62,037 nt of DNA, from positions 1-62,037 of IMG/VR virus record IMGVR_UViG_3300027535_000001. One strand, written 5' to 3'. Below are positions 23,013-32,013 of the stretch, one piece after another (positions within the stretch are counted from its first letter, which is position 1; each line of letters begins with the position of its first letter). The DNA is from a virus. The position numbers and the translations under genes are program-made. The notes below the pieces were generated by a model. It searched no databases, was not told the DNA's origin, and saw only the letters and a list, made by a program, of their open reading frames with translations.

Positions 23013-24430
23013 ACGACACCTCGTTTGAGCAAGCCGCAAAAATATCCGACGAGCGCCAGCGACGGCGTTCGCTTGCAATCAAACTTTACAATGCGGGCGT
23101 CGAGGCGGCGAACAACAAGATCAATCAGCAAAACGTCGACCACGCCTATAAGGCGTTCATGGATGCCTGCTACGCCGATCCGATCTATGGCTTGGCGTTC
23201 TACCAGGCGGGCAACAACGAGTCCGATCGCAATATGCTGGCGGCTTCGGTGGCGCTTTACCGCCGCGCCCTGGAGTGCGACAATTCGCCGCAGGAGAAAG
23301 CCAAGACGCTGGTCAATCTCGGCTGGCGGCTGCATTGCCTAGGCATGTCCGAGGAAGGCCACAAGGCGTCTTTGGAGGCCGTCAGCCTCGATTCATCGCT
23401 TGCCTACGGCTGGCTCAACCTGTCGATGACTTCAGGCATGTTGGGTGAGCAGGATTTCGCTGCGGAGTGTGGACGTAAGGCATTCATGCTCGACCCAAAA
23501 GACCCGATTTGCGAGATGGCTTACGCGTTCTCGCTTTTGTTCAATCATCAGTTCGCGCTCGGCCTGAAACATTTCGAGCGCCGGTTCGAGTACAAGCTCA
23601 CGCAGTACGCGCACTATCCGTATCCCCGCTGGAGCGGCGAGCCCGACAAGACGGTTTTTCTCGTGTCCGATCAGGGCATGGGCGACACGCTGTCATACAG
23701 CCGCTTTGTCAGGCAGGCTGCCAAACGAGCGAATTTTCTGCATATTTGCGTGCAACCCGAGTTGATGCGATTGTTTGCTCATGCGTTCGCGGATTTGAAG
23801 AACATAAATTTCATGCCGCAACCTGGCGTCTTTCCCGCTGCCGACTACTGGACCACGTTCGTCAGCCTGCCGTTTGCGTTGGGTTTTACCGACAAGGAGA
23901 TTCGCACCGCCAAGAATATCGAGGCGCCGATCTACGGCTTGCCTCGTACTTGGAAAGTGCCGGATCGCAAGTTGCATATCGGTATCGCGTGGGCCGGCAG
24001 TCCGCTCAATGAGATCGACCAGCACCGCAACATTCCGGTCCACCACTTCTTCGATCTCTACCGCGTTCCCGGCATTCAGCTCTACGCGTTTCAGGTTGAC
24101 GGCAAGAAGGACCAGTTGCACCAGAATGGCGGCGCTGCGCTGGTGCGGGACTTGTCGGGTTACATCCGTGATGTGGTCGACACCATCAGCTTGTTGCAGG
24201 ATATCGACTTGGTGATTTGTTGCGAGTCGGCGCTGGGGCACATTGCGGCGCTGGCCGGCAAGGAGTGCTGGATACCGTACAGCTATCTGGGGCGAGACTA
24301 CCGGATTGGGCTCGACGGCAGCGACCGGCTGTGGACACCACGGCATAGGATTTTTCCGCAAGGTGCCAGCCGCGATTGGGGACCGGCGTTCGAGTCCATG
24401 ATCTACGCGTTGAAGGATAGGATGCGATGA
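23009..24430 (+). CDS. TPR-repeat + GT-B (GT9-like) glycosyltransferase
   Basis: 473 aa. The N-terminal ~190 aa are TPR-like helices. C-terminal PRWSGEPDKTVFLVSDQGMGDTLSYSRF...IGIAWAGSP...LVICCESALGHIAALAG matches the heptosyltransferase-like fold pattern. Confidence 0.6.
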   Translation: MNDTSFEQAAKISDERQRRRSLAIKLYNAGVEAANNKINQQNVDHAYKAFMDACYADPIYGLAFYQAGNNESDRNMLAASVALYRRALECDNSPQEKAKTLVNLGWRLHCLGMSEEGHKASLEAVSLDSSLAYGWLNLSMTSGMLGEQDFAAECGRKAFMLDPKDPICEMAYAFSLLFNHQFALGLKHFERRFEYKLTQYAHYPYPRWSGEPDKTVFLVSDQGMGDTLSYSRFVRQAAKRANFLHICVQPELMRLFAHAFADLKNINFMPQPGVFPAADYWTTFVSLPFALGFTDKEIRTAKNIEAPIYGLPRTWKVPDRKLHIGIAWAGSPLNEIDQHRNIPVHHFFDLYRVPGIQLYAFQVDGKKDQLHQNGGAALVRDLSGYIRDVVDTISLLQDIDLVICCESALGHIAALAGKECWIPYSYLGRDYRIGLDGSDRLWTPRHRIFPQGASRDWGPAFESMIYALKDRMR

Positions 24431-24642
24431 GCTGGTCTCGCGAAGTTTTTTCCTCCAACGTGCAAACAGTTGCGTATGACAGCGACACGTTCGAGCTTGT
24501 GGTGACGTTCCAGAATGGCTCGTCCTATGCGTACTCGGGCGTGGATGAGGGAACCGCCATCGCACTCTCCAAGGCGCCCTCGGTGGGCGGAATGCTCAAC
24601 GCCGAGATTAAGGGGCGGTACCCGCATAGGAAATTGTCATGA
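24427..24642 (+). CDS. KTSC domain protein
   Basis: VQTVAYDSDTFELVVTFQNGSSYAYSGVDEGTAIALSKAPSVGGMLNAEIKGRY fits the KTSC pattern (YD..L.V.F.nG..Y.Y..V......S.G). Confidence 0.8.
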   Translation: MSWSREVFSSNVQTVAYDSDTFELVVTFQNGSSYAYSGVDEGTAIALSKAPSVGGMLNAEIKGRYPHRKLS

Positions 24643-24881
24643 CGGCGAGCGACTGCTTCAAGAACATGGCCGCTCGCATCGAGCACAACGCCGACTCCAA
24701 GTTTGGCGGGGCGGTCGTGATCTATCCGCCCGATGAGGGCGGCGATCCGATCGAGGTGCTGCTGCTCGACCAGGCGAGCGATCCCGTCATGTTCTGGCAA
24801 ACCGTGCAGTCGCGCATTGCGATCGTGCTGGAAACCCTCAAGGACAAGCAGCGCCAGTCGGCGGCGTTCGGGCGGCGATGA
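24639..24881 (+). CDS. hypothetical protein (80 aa)
   Basis: ATGA overlaps at both ends. Sits just upstream of terminase, so a small-terminase role cannot be excluded or supported. Confidence 0.55.
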   Translation: MTASDCFKNMAARIEHNADSKFGGAVVIYPPDEGGDPIEVLLLDQASDPVMFWQTVQSRIAIVLETLKDKQRQSAAFGRR

Positions 24882-25024
24882 ACCGCGCTCTCGCTTGGCC
24901 CATCGTCATCTCGTTTTTTCTCGGCGGCCTTGTCTTTGCCGAGTGCGCCGTTTATGTGGCGGGGTGCCAATTGTTCGGTGCCGATTGGCATTGCGGAGGT
25001 GTCGCGCGTAAGCATCACCATTGA
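24878..25024 (+). CDS. small membrane protein (48 aa)
   Basis: ATGA overlap. MNRALAWPIVISFFLGGLVFAECAVYVAGCQLF... Confidence 0.4.
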   Translation: MNRALAWPIVISFFLGGLVFAECAVYVAGCQLFGADWHCGGVARKHHH

Positions 25025-25078
25025 CAGAGCGGCCCATTTTCGTACACTCGTCTTGTTGCTGTCTCTTGGAAGGAGACA

Positions 25079-27073
25079 TTGTCGTCCCTGAGTAACCGCC
25101 ACCCGCTCCCGGAGTTGGTGCATTCCCGTCTTGCGGGTGGCGGCATTCCCCTCTACGCTCTCCGCATGGCAGGCTGGTCACAGAAAAAGCGCGACGCCGT
25201 TGAGAAAGCGTTTTACGGCTATCTCGACCAGTGCTGGATCAATTCCAAAGACCTTGGCCGAATTTGCCTTGGCGAGCATCTTTATGACGGCCAGCGCCGG
25301 CTCATCACTGAGATTTTTGACGCGCTCCAAGCCGACATTCACAAAATTTACGTGTTGAAGTCGCGCCAATTGGGGGTTTCCACCCTCATCCGCGCTCTCA
25401 TGGCTTTCCTTCTCGGCATCCATCCGGGCCTCAAGGGCGCGGTGGTGTTCGACTCGGATACCAATCGATTGGAGTCGCGGGTTGAACTGACCACGATGAT
25501 CAAGGATTTGCCGCTGGCCCTTCATTTCCCGGCGATCGGCCTCGACAATCGTGCTGGCCTGACTCTCCAGAACGACAGCCGCCTGCTTTTTCTCTCGGCC
25601 GGCGTGAAGAAATCCAAAACTAGCGGCACACTTGGCCGATCGGTCGGCCTTTCCTTGGCGCACTGCTCGGAATTGTGCTCGTGGGACAACGACGAGGGTC
25701 TTGAGGCATTCGAGCAGTCGCTATCCGACAACAACCCCGATCGCCTGTATGTTTACGAGTCGACCGCACGGGGTTTTAACAAGTGGCACGACATGTGGGA
25801 GGAGGCTCGAAAGGACCCCGACCATTGCCGCTGCATCTTTCTTGGCTGGTGGAGCAAGGAGTCGCAAAGCATCTTGCGCGAAGACAAGGACTTTGCCAAA
25901 TACGGCGAATATCCGCCGACCGAAGGCGAGTTGAAGAAGATCAGCGCTGTTCGAGAGCAATATCACCACATTATTAAGCCTGAGCAGCTTGCTTGGATAC
26001 GTCGCAAGATGGACCCGGCGTTGCAAGGGATCGGCGACGGCGACATTCATTTCGACGCCAACCCGACGCGGGTGCAGGAGCAGCCGTGGACGGAGAGCGA
26101 GGCATTTCAGCAGACTGGTGCGGTGTTTTTCGGCTCCGAAAAGCTCACGGTCCAGACCAACGATAACGTCAGCGACCGTTACGATTCTTACATGTACAGC
26201 CTCGCCGACGAGTTCGACACGATGTTTATCGTGCGCGCCCAGAACGCCAAGTCGGTAGAGCTGAAAGTCTGGGAGCCGCCCGAACGGAATGCCGTCTACG
26301 TGATGGGCATCGATACGGCACACGGCGAGAACGAGTCGAATGACCGCTCGTCGGCGCAAATTCTGCGCTGCTACGCGGATGGGCTCGATCAGGTGGCCGA
26401 GTACACGTGGCCGCTGGTGACGACCCAGCAGTACGCGTGGGTGATTGCGAGCCTTCTCGGCTGGTACGGCTCCGAAGGGTCCGAGGTTCGCTATATTCTC
26501 GAACTGAACGGTCCCGGCACGTCGGTTTATACCGAGTTGAAACAGTTGAAGCAGAAACTCGACCGGGGGTTCCGGTTGGACAAGATCGAGGAAAAGGGGC
26601 TTCAAAACATCTTTGCCAACGTGCGGACGTTCATCTACTCCCGCCCCGACTCGATCGGCCACGGGCACAATTTTCACTTCAAGACCACGTCGGCGCTCAA
26701 AGTCACCATCATGGAGGACTTGCGCAACAACGTGTCGAATGGCATCTTGCGGGTGCGGTCGATGGACGCCATCAAGGAAATGACGGCCATCGCACGTGAC
26801 GGTGACAAGATCAGCGCGCCGGGGTCCAAGAAGGACGACCGCGTGGTCTCGATGGCGCTGGCGAACTACTATTGGAAGAATAATATTCGCAGTGTGTTGA
26901 TCTCGCAAAAGCGTACCCGGCAGGCAGAGGCGGCAAAGAAGCAATTGAGCATCCACGATCAGATTTATCTGTTTTCGCAAAACCAGCTCAGCCAGTTTTT
27001 TGCCGACAAGCAGCGCTCTCGCCGGACCGTGGAGCGGGAACTGTCGCGTCGGCGCTGGCGGTACGGGAGATAG
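25079..27073 (+). CDS. terL: terminase large subunit
   Basis: 664 aa, TTG start 6 nt after GGAAGGAG. Walker-A-like KSRQLGVST. C-terminal RNaseH-like nuclease acidic blocks MGIDTAHGE and KKDDRVVSMALANYYW. Followed by a portal-sized gene. Confidence 0.8.
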   Translation: MSSLSNRHPLPELVHSRLAGGGIPLYALRMAGWSQKKRDAVEKAFYGYLDQCWINSKDLGRICLGEHLYDGQRRLITEIFDALQADIHKIYVLKSRQLGVSTLIRALMAFLLGIHPGLKGAVVFDSDTNRLESRVELTTMIKDLPLALHFPAIGLDNRAGLTLQNDSRLLFLSAGVKKSKTSGTLGRSVGLSLAHCSELCSWDNDEGLEAFEQSLSDNNPDRLYVYESTARGFNKWHDMWEEARKDPDHCRCIFLGWWSKESQSILREDKDFAKYGEYPPTEGELKKISAVREQYHHIIKPEQLAWIRRKMDPALQGIGDGDIHFDANPTRVQEQPWTESEAFQQTGAVFFGSEKLTVQTNDNVSDRYDSYMYSLADEFDTMFIVRAQNAKSVELKVWEPPERNAVYVMGIDTAHGENESNDRSSAQILRCYADGLDQVAEYTWPLVTTQQYAWVIASLLGWYGSEGSEVRYILELNGPGTSVYTELKQLKQKLDRGFRLDKIEEKGLQNIFANVRTFIYSRPDSIGHGHNFHFKTTSALKVTIMEDLRNNVSNGILRVRSMDAIKEMTAIARDGDKISAPGSKKDDRVVSMALANYYWKNNIRSVLISQKRTRQAEAAKKQLSIHDQIYLFSQNQLSQFFADKQRSRRTVERELSRRRWRYGR

Positions 27074-27075
27074 TG

Positions 27076-27651
27076 ATGGGCTACGCCGTCAAATGCCCCT
27101 CTTGCAAGGCCAAGTTCCCCTGGAACGTCAAGCAGGGAATGCCCAAGTGCTGCCCGCTGTGCGGCTACGATACGTCGATCCCCGATACCGACGAGATTTC
27201 GATGCCGGCATTCCTCTCCCCGAGCACCAAGGCCAACGACAAGCTCTACCGTGACATGGAGCGCGGCTCCGAAGTGCGGGCTCAAGCTGCGGCCGACATG
27301 CTGGAAGTGCCTGTGTCCGAAATGTCGGCGCTGAAAATTACCGATATGAACGACCGGCGGGACCGCGAGACATCGGCCGTGCAAGTGGTCAATCCGGTGA
27401 CCCAGCAGATGGATTATCTCAACAAGCGCGGTGGTAATTTCGGCTTTGGCCAGAATGGTGCAGAGTTCAGTTCCGAGGTGCAGAGTGGTGGCGTGACGGT
27501 GAATGGCCAGACAACGCAGGGAATCGGCGCGAGTGCGGGCGCCAGGATGCGTGCTACGTTGCAGGAGGTTCACGGCCGGACCACCGGAAAGGTGTCGACC
27601 GATTATCCGGCACTGGAGACGTTGCAGCCTGGTTATAGGAAGCGCGCATGA
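27076..27651 (+). CDS. zinc-ribbon protein between terminase and portal
   Basis: CPSCKAKF...CCPLCG N-terminal ribbon. The start could be GTG 27073 or ATG 27076. Confidence 0.6.
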   Translation: MGYAVKCPSCKAKFPWNVKQGMPKCCPLCGYDTSIPDTDEISMPAFLSPSTKANDKLYRDMERGSEVRAQAAADMLEVPVSEMSALKITDMNDRRDRETSAVQVVNPVTQQMDYLNKRGGNFGFGQNGAEFSSEVQSGGVTVNGQTTQGIGASAGARMRATLQEVHGRTTGKVSTDYPALETLQPGYRKRA

Positions 27652-29366
27652 TCCCGGTCCCCGACAAGGAACGCGACATTCTCGATTTGGCGCACAAGCT
27701 GATCGAGCAATGCCGGGTCAGTGTCGGGGCGCGGTCGACTTACTGCCGGCTCATGAACACGATCGCCGAGACCGGCCGGTTCGACGGCTCCAAGGCGCTG
27801 GTTAATCTGCTCCACAACCATCTCGACCGCACCGCCGCGCACCTGTTCAGTCCGGTGGAACTGAAGTTCACGGTCGATTTCGAGAACCGCTATCCCAAGC
27901 ACATCATCGAGCGCGGCGCCGTAGCCGGCGAAATCCTCACGCGCTCGTGGGAACGCAGCAATACCGACGAGATGTTTGCCCGAGGTGTGTTCGAGTCGCT
28001 CAAATACGGCATCTCGATCCTCAAGCAGTGGCCGGTGGTCGAGAAAAACAACGAAGTTGTCTACATGAAGAAGCTCGTCATGCCGTGGCAGTTCGGCGTG
28101 TACCGGGAGGACATCAACGATATCGACTTGCAGGAGTGCGTCTGCGAAACCTCGACCTTGACGTTGCCCGAGGTGTGGCAGCGCATTTTTCACCTGCCCA
28201 ACAGCAAGAAGCTGTTCGACAAAATCAAGGCCAACGCCAAGACGGGAGAGTCCGGCAGCGAGCCGTCGAGCTATTTCCACCAGGTTTTGTCGACCAGCCA
28301 GCTCAATACCAGTCCGCTTGCCGCTACGACACCGGGGGGCATCGTGGGGGTTACCAGCGACGCCAATTACTCGCTGATGGGTCCGGTGATCGCGGCTGAT
28401 TGCGTGCAGATGCACGAGCTGTGGGTCAAGGACGAGGACGATTATACGACCATCCAGTTGATCGAGCCCGATATCCTGGTGGCGCCGCTTTACAAGAAGG
28501 CGAATCTTTTGATCGCCGGGAGCCGGATGCAGCCTTATCGGGTGATCCAGCCCAACGAGGTGACCAATTGGTTCTGGGGTCGCAGCGAACTTGTCGATCT
28601 GATCGAGCCTCAGGGCTTGTTGGCGCAGTGGTGCGACGATGCCAAGCGCCTGATGGGTTTGCAGATTGACAAGATACTGGCGTTTGTCGGTGAGAACGGC
28701 ATCAAGGACGAGATTTACGACGACTTCCGATCGGCCGGCTATATCGCGTTGCAGCCAGGGTCGGATATCAAGGATGTGACGCCAAAAGTGCCGCCCGAAC
28801 TGCTTCCCATCATCAAATGGTTGATCGAGGTGATCAACGTGCTGGGAGGTTTCCCGCCCATCATGCAAGGCCAGGGCGAGCCCGGTGTGCGGGCGGGTTC
28901 GCACGCTGGCACTTTGATGAAAACCGCCTCGCCGACGTTGCGCGATCGCGCCCTGTTGGTGGAACGGCAGTGCGCGATGTGCGCGGATTTGAGCTTGACC
29001 ATCAAGGAGGCCAAGGACCCGAATCACTACTGGACCAAGTTCGATACCATCGAGGAAGTGGAGAGCACCAAGTTCCTGCTATCCGAATTGCCGGATGATT
29101 GGCGCGTGCTGGTGGACAGTCACAGTTCCAGCCCGATATTCAGCGACGAGAACCAGCAGATGATATTTGCGTTGCGCAAGACCGGCGATGTGGGGGGCGA
29201 GTACGTCATCGACAATCTCCCGCTGCCCAACAAGGAGATTGCCAAGGCGCAGTTGCGCGAGCGCGAGAAGAACAAGGCAATTCAGATGCAGAAATTGCTG
29301 CAAGAGCATCCCGACTTGGGCGAGGCGCTGGCCAAGAAGCAACTGATCGGGTCTACCCGCCGTTGA
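27648..29366 (+). CDS. portal protein (candidate)
   Basis: 572 aa. ATGA-coupled downstream of the terminase region. Size and position are canonical for a portal. No motif-level proof. Confidence 0.6.
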   Translation: MIPVPDKERDILDLAHKLIEQCRVSVGARSTYCRLMNTIAETGRFDGSKALVNLLHNHLDRTAAHLFSPVELKFTVDFENRYPKHIIERGAVAGEILTRSWERSNTDEMFARGVFESLKYGISILKQWPVVEKNNEVVYMKKLVMPWQFGVYREDINDIDLQECVCETSTLTLPEVWQRIFHLPNSKKLFDKIKANAKTGESGSEPSSYFHQVLSTSQLNTSPLAATTPGGIVGVTSDANYSLMGPVIAADCVQMHELWVKDEDDYTTIQLIEPDILVAPLYKKANLLIAGSRMQPYRVIQPNEVTNWFWGRSELVDLIEPQGLLAQWCDDAKRLMGLQIDKILAFVGENGIKDEIYDDFRSAGYIALQPGSDIKDVTPKVPPELLPIIKWLIEVINVLGGFPPIMQGQGEPGVRAGSHAGTLMKTASPTLRDRALLVERQCAMCADLSLTIKEAKDPNHYWTKFDTIEEVESTKFLLSELPDDWRVLVDSHSSSPIFSDENQQMIFALRKTGDVGGEYVIDNLPLPNKEIAKAQLREREKNKAIQMQKLLQEHPDLGEALAKKQLIGSTRR

Positions 29367-29712
29367 ACAGACCGCTCGGCTGGAGCACCGCAGGGCTCCC
29401 TGCTTGTGCCCGCATGGCGGCGCGTAGCGCTGGGTCGCTCAAAGCTTCGTTTTGGATTGCGGCCCGGATACGCATCTCGTGTAGTGCCCGTTCCTTGTGA
29501 GCGACTTTCGATTGGTTGGTGTCCTCCACCATCGCGCCATTGATGGTGCTTCCCCGGATGGATGCCATCTGACCGAAGTCGTCGGAGAACAGGTTAATGT
29601 CGCCGTCTTTGTAGGATATGCGATCGGCTTGCGCCGAAGCTGTTTCCATCGTCTTGTACATGAAAGACCAGCCGACATTTCCGGTACCGAACGAAATGCT
29701 GATGACGTACAT
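29353..29712 (-). CDS. hypothetical protein (119 aa), antisense to the structural operon
   Basis: MYVISISFGTGNVGWSFMYKTMETASAQADRISYKDGD... TAATG-coupled to the upstream HTH gene. 3' end overlaps the portal 3' end by 14 nt. Confidence 0.55.
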   Translation of the reverse strand: MYVISISFGTGNVGWSFMYKTMETASAQADRISYKDGDINLFSDDFGQMASIRGSTINGAMVEDTNQSKVAHKERALHEMRIRAAIQNEALSDPALRAAMRAQAGSPAVLQPSGLFNGG

Positions 29713-30005
29713 TAGGTTTCCTTCCGTGGACGTTGGGCGTTTGCCCAAGCTTTAAACTCGTCGATGGGAAATCGGATGATGCTTCGGCTCAGTCGAATCA
29801 TAGGCGGCGGGTTTTTTCGTTTCTTACGTTTGCGCGTGTACCCGTAGATCACCCAAGCACTGACTTGAAGCCAGCGCGCCGCCTCTTTGGGCGTCCAAAA
29901 TGCCTTACCGTTGGTCTCGGCCACTGTCGGGAATGTCCTTTTGCCAACAGCACTATATAAAACGACGTTAAATCTTGCAAGCCGTTGTTCCCCCACACCC
30001 CTCAT
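29712..30005 (-). CDS. excisionase/AlpA/MerR-type small HTH protein
   Basis: ATG at 30005. FWTPKEAARWLQVSAWVIYGYTRKRK...IRLSRSIIRFPIDEFKAWA matches the excisionase-family HTH pattern. The rest of ORF 29712-30908 is judged spurious. Confidence 0.6.
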   Translation of the reverse strand: MRGVGEQRLARFNVVLYSAVGKRTFPTVAETNGKAFWTPKEAARWLQVSAWVIYGYTRKRKKRKNPPPMIRLSRSIIRFPIDEFKAWANAQRPRKET

Positions 30006-30149
30006 CTGGCGGACCTTGGACCCGTCGCAATCGGCTAACCCGTTTTGGTTGGCCAACGTGCCATCCGGCGCGTCGACAAACCAAAGGTAGCAACCATGCT
30101 TACCAAGCATCGTCGCGGTCGTCGGCACGGTCGGAAGTAATCCGCCCGC

Positions 30150-30557
30150 ATGCCTGAAATGACCCCAACCGCTATGCCGGGGGCAAAACCCCCGACACAA
30201 CCCGGACAGCCTCAACAGCCGCCCTTTGGGTCTACCCCCGCAACGGGGCCGACGCCGAACAAAGGGTATGAGGCCGCCGGATTGCAGCGGTTGGGGGTTG
30301 TTCTTCGGCAGTTGGAGGAGCTGGTGCCGCTTCTGGGTTCGGCGAGTGAGCCCGGCAAGGCGGTGCTCGATGCGATCGGCAAGCTTTCCAAGCATGTTCC
30401 GGCCGGGTCGGTCACGCCGGCCGCCATGAAGGGCAATATCGAGAGCATGGCGATGCGCAATGCCCAGCAAAATCAGCAGATGCAGGCGCTCAAACCGCAA
30501 GGTGGCGCACCGGCCCCCGGTGGAGCCCCGCCGCCCACGCAGGCCGCAGCCGCATGA
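30150..30557 (+). CDS. Pro/Gln/Ala-rich head-module protein
   Basis: 135 aa. Low-complexity termini and a helical core. First plus-strand gene after the antisense cassette. Confidence 0.6.
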   Translation: MPEMTPTAMPGAKPPTQPGQPQQPPFGSTPATGPTPNKGYEAAGLQRLGVVLRQLEELVPLLGSASEPGKAVLDAIGKLSKHVPAGSVTPAAMKGNIESMAMRNAQQNQQMQALKPQGGAPAPGGAPPPTQAAAA

Positions 30558-30730
30558 CCGATCTTTTTCACAACAAGACGACCGAGATGGCGCCGCCGAG
30601 CGAGCAGCCGGTTCGGACCATGCAGGTGCCGGACGAGACGCTGCACATGGCGAAATTGCCCGGCTCGGTTCACCTGCCCTACCGGAACGTCGAGAACGTA
30701 ATCCGGCCGCGACGCGGCCACGACTACTAG
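30554..30730 (+). CDS. hypothetical protein (58 aa)
   Basis: ATGA overlap. MTDLFHNKTTEMAPPSEQPVRTMQVPDETLHMAKLPGSVHLPYRN... Confidence 0.45.
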   Translation: MTDLFHNKTTEMAPPSEQPVRTMQVPDETLHMAKLPGSVHLPYRNVENVIRPRRGHDY

Positions 30731-30740
30731 GAGCCCGATT

Positions 30741-31175
30741 ATGCCGACCGCTGCTGGCGCCCCAATTTTCGAGGATGTGGTTGTATTTCTCCAGTCGAAG
30801 CCGAGCCCGACCGCTATCTCGCAGAACATGGACATGTTCACGGGCGGCCTGGTCGATCTCGTCAATCGGGTGAGGAACCTGGAGTTCCGAGCCTTGGAGG
30901 AAGGGCACCGCCTTTCGGTCGCCGAAGTGAAGCTTGTGGACGCCGAAACCCGCCTCAACAATGCCGAGGCTGATCGCACCAGCGAAAAGGCGCGGCTCGA
31001 CGCGATCGAGAAGGCGCCGGCCGAGCAGGCCAAGCGGCTCGACGAGATGGATAAGCGTGTTCGCACCGTCGAGGGCGCGGTCGGGTCCGTGGCCTTCAAC
31101 GAAGCCAAGACGGCTCCCGCGCCCGCGCCGGTTCCGCCTGTGGGCGTCAAGCCGACCGATCCGGTGAAACCATAA
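30741..31175 (+). CDS. coiled-coil head-assembly protein
   Basis: 144 aa. Long heptad-like segment LEFRALEEGHRLSVAEVKLVDAETRLNNAEADRTSEKARLDAIEK. Confidence 0.6.
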   Translation: MPTAAGAPIFEDVVVFLQSKPSPTAISQNMDMFTGGLVDLVNRVRNLEFRALEEGHRLSVAEVKLVDAETRLNNAEADRTSEKARLDAIEKAPAEQAKRLDEMDKRVRTVEGAVGSVAFNEAKTAPAPAPVPPVGVKPTDPVKP

Positions 31176-31187
31176 AGGAAATCAGCC

Positions 31188-31370
31188 ATGGTCAACGTTT
31201 TTCGCAACGACACCAAGTCGATCCCGACCAGCGACGAGCAGATCGTGCGCGTCAACATGGAGGAGATCGAGATCGGCGGCCGCAAGAGCCACTTGCCGGC
31301 TCAATCGAAGTCGTCGGTTTTGCCAATCTCCCACGTGCCGAATAGCGGCTCCACGCCTGGAGCGAAGTGA
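31188..31370 (+). CDS. hypothetical protein (60 aa)
   Basis: MVNVFRNDTKSIPTSDEQIVRVNMEEIEIGGRK... Coupled to the next gene. Confidence 0.5.
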   Translation: MVNVFRNDTKSIPTSDEQIVRVNMEEIEIGGRKSHLPAQSKSSVLPISHVPNSGSTPGAK

Positions 31371-31963
31371 TGCCGAAGATCGAGGTCGACGAGGTTCAAT
31401 TCCAGCAGGATGCCAAGCTACGGGAGGTGGTGCAAAATATCATGAAGCACCCCAAAGCGCGGCTGTTGGTGCAGGAAGCGCACCAGATGGTGGACCCCAA
31501 TGCGGCGGCTCCCGAGCTGGAGATGCGCAAGATCGTCGATGAGCCGGTCAGTGCACTGACCAAGAAGCTCGACGAGGTTACGAAGCAGCTTGCCGACGAC
31601 AAGGCGGATCGAGAGAAGAAGGAAAAGCTCGATACGCTCAGCGGCACCATCGAGGCAGGCATTGCAAAAATTCGCCGCGAGAACAGCCTGACGGCGAAGG
31701 GCGAAGAGACGCTTCGGGCGCTCATGAACGACAAGGGCATTCTCGATCCCGAGATCGCGTGGGCCTACATCGAGAAGCAGACGCCGCCCGCCGCCCCGAC
31801 GATGCCGGGCGGCACCGGCTCGTGGAATTTCCTTGAGGTTTCGGCCGGTGACGGCAGCGATGACATCAAGCGCCTCATCGAGTCCAAGGGCGAGAACGAA
31901 GGGCTTTTGCAGAAGATGGCGAACGAGGCCATTCAGGAAGTGCGCGCCAGTTCTCGGCGTTGA
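31367..31963 (+). CDS. scaffolding protein (candidate)
   Basis: 198 aa. Charged and helical (KLDEVTKQLADDKADREKKEKLDTLS). Lies immediately upstream of the capsid-sized gene. Confidence 0.55.
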   Translation: MMPKIEVDEVQFQQDAKLREVVQNIMKHPKARLLVQEAHQMVDPNAAAPELEMRKIVDEPVSALTKKLDEVTKQLADDKADREKKEKLDTLSGTIEAGIAKIRRENSLTAKGEETLRALMNDKGILDPEIAWAYIEKQTPPAAPTMPGGTGSWNFLEVSAGDGSDDIKRLIESKGENEGLLQKMANEAIQEVRASSRR

Positions 31964-32013
31964 AAAGTAGAATTGAATAAGGAGAGCGTGCCATCCCCCT
32001 CCCAGGTCTTGGT

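Noticed and set aside
30006-30908. Upstream two-thirds of the 398-aa minus-strand ORF 29712-30908.
   Set aside because: Only the last 97 codons (from ATG 30005) look like a real protein, an excisionase-type HTH. The upstream part is Arg/Gly/Pro-rich nonsense and overlaps the plus-strand head genes 30150-30908.
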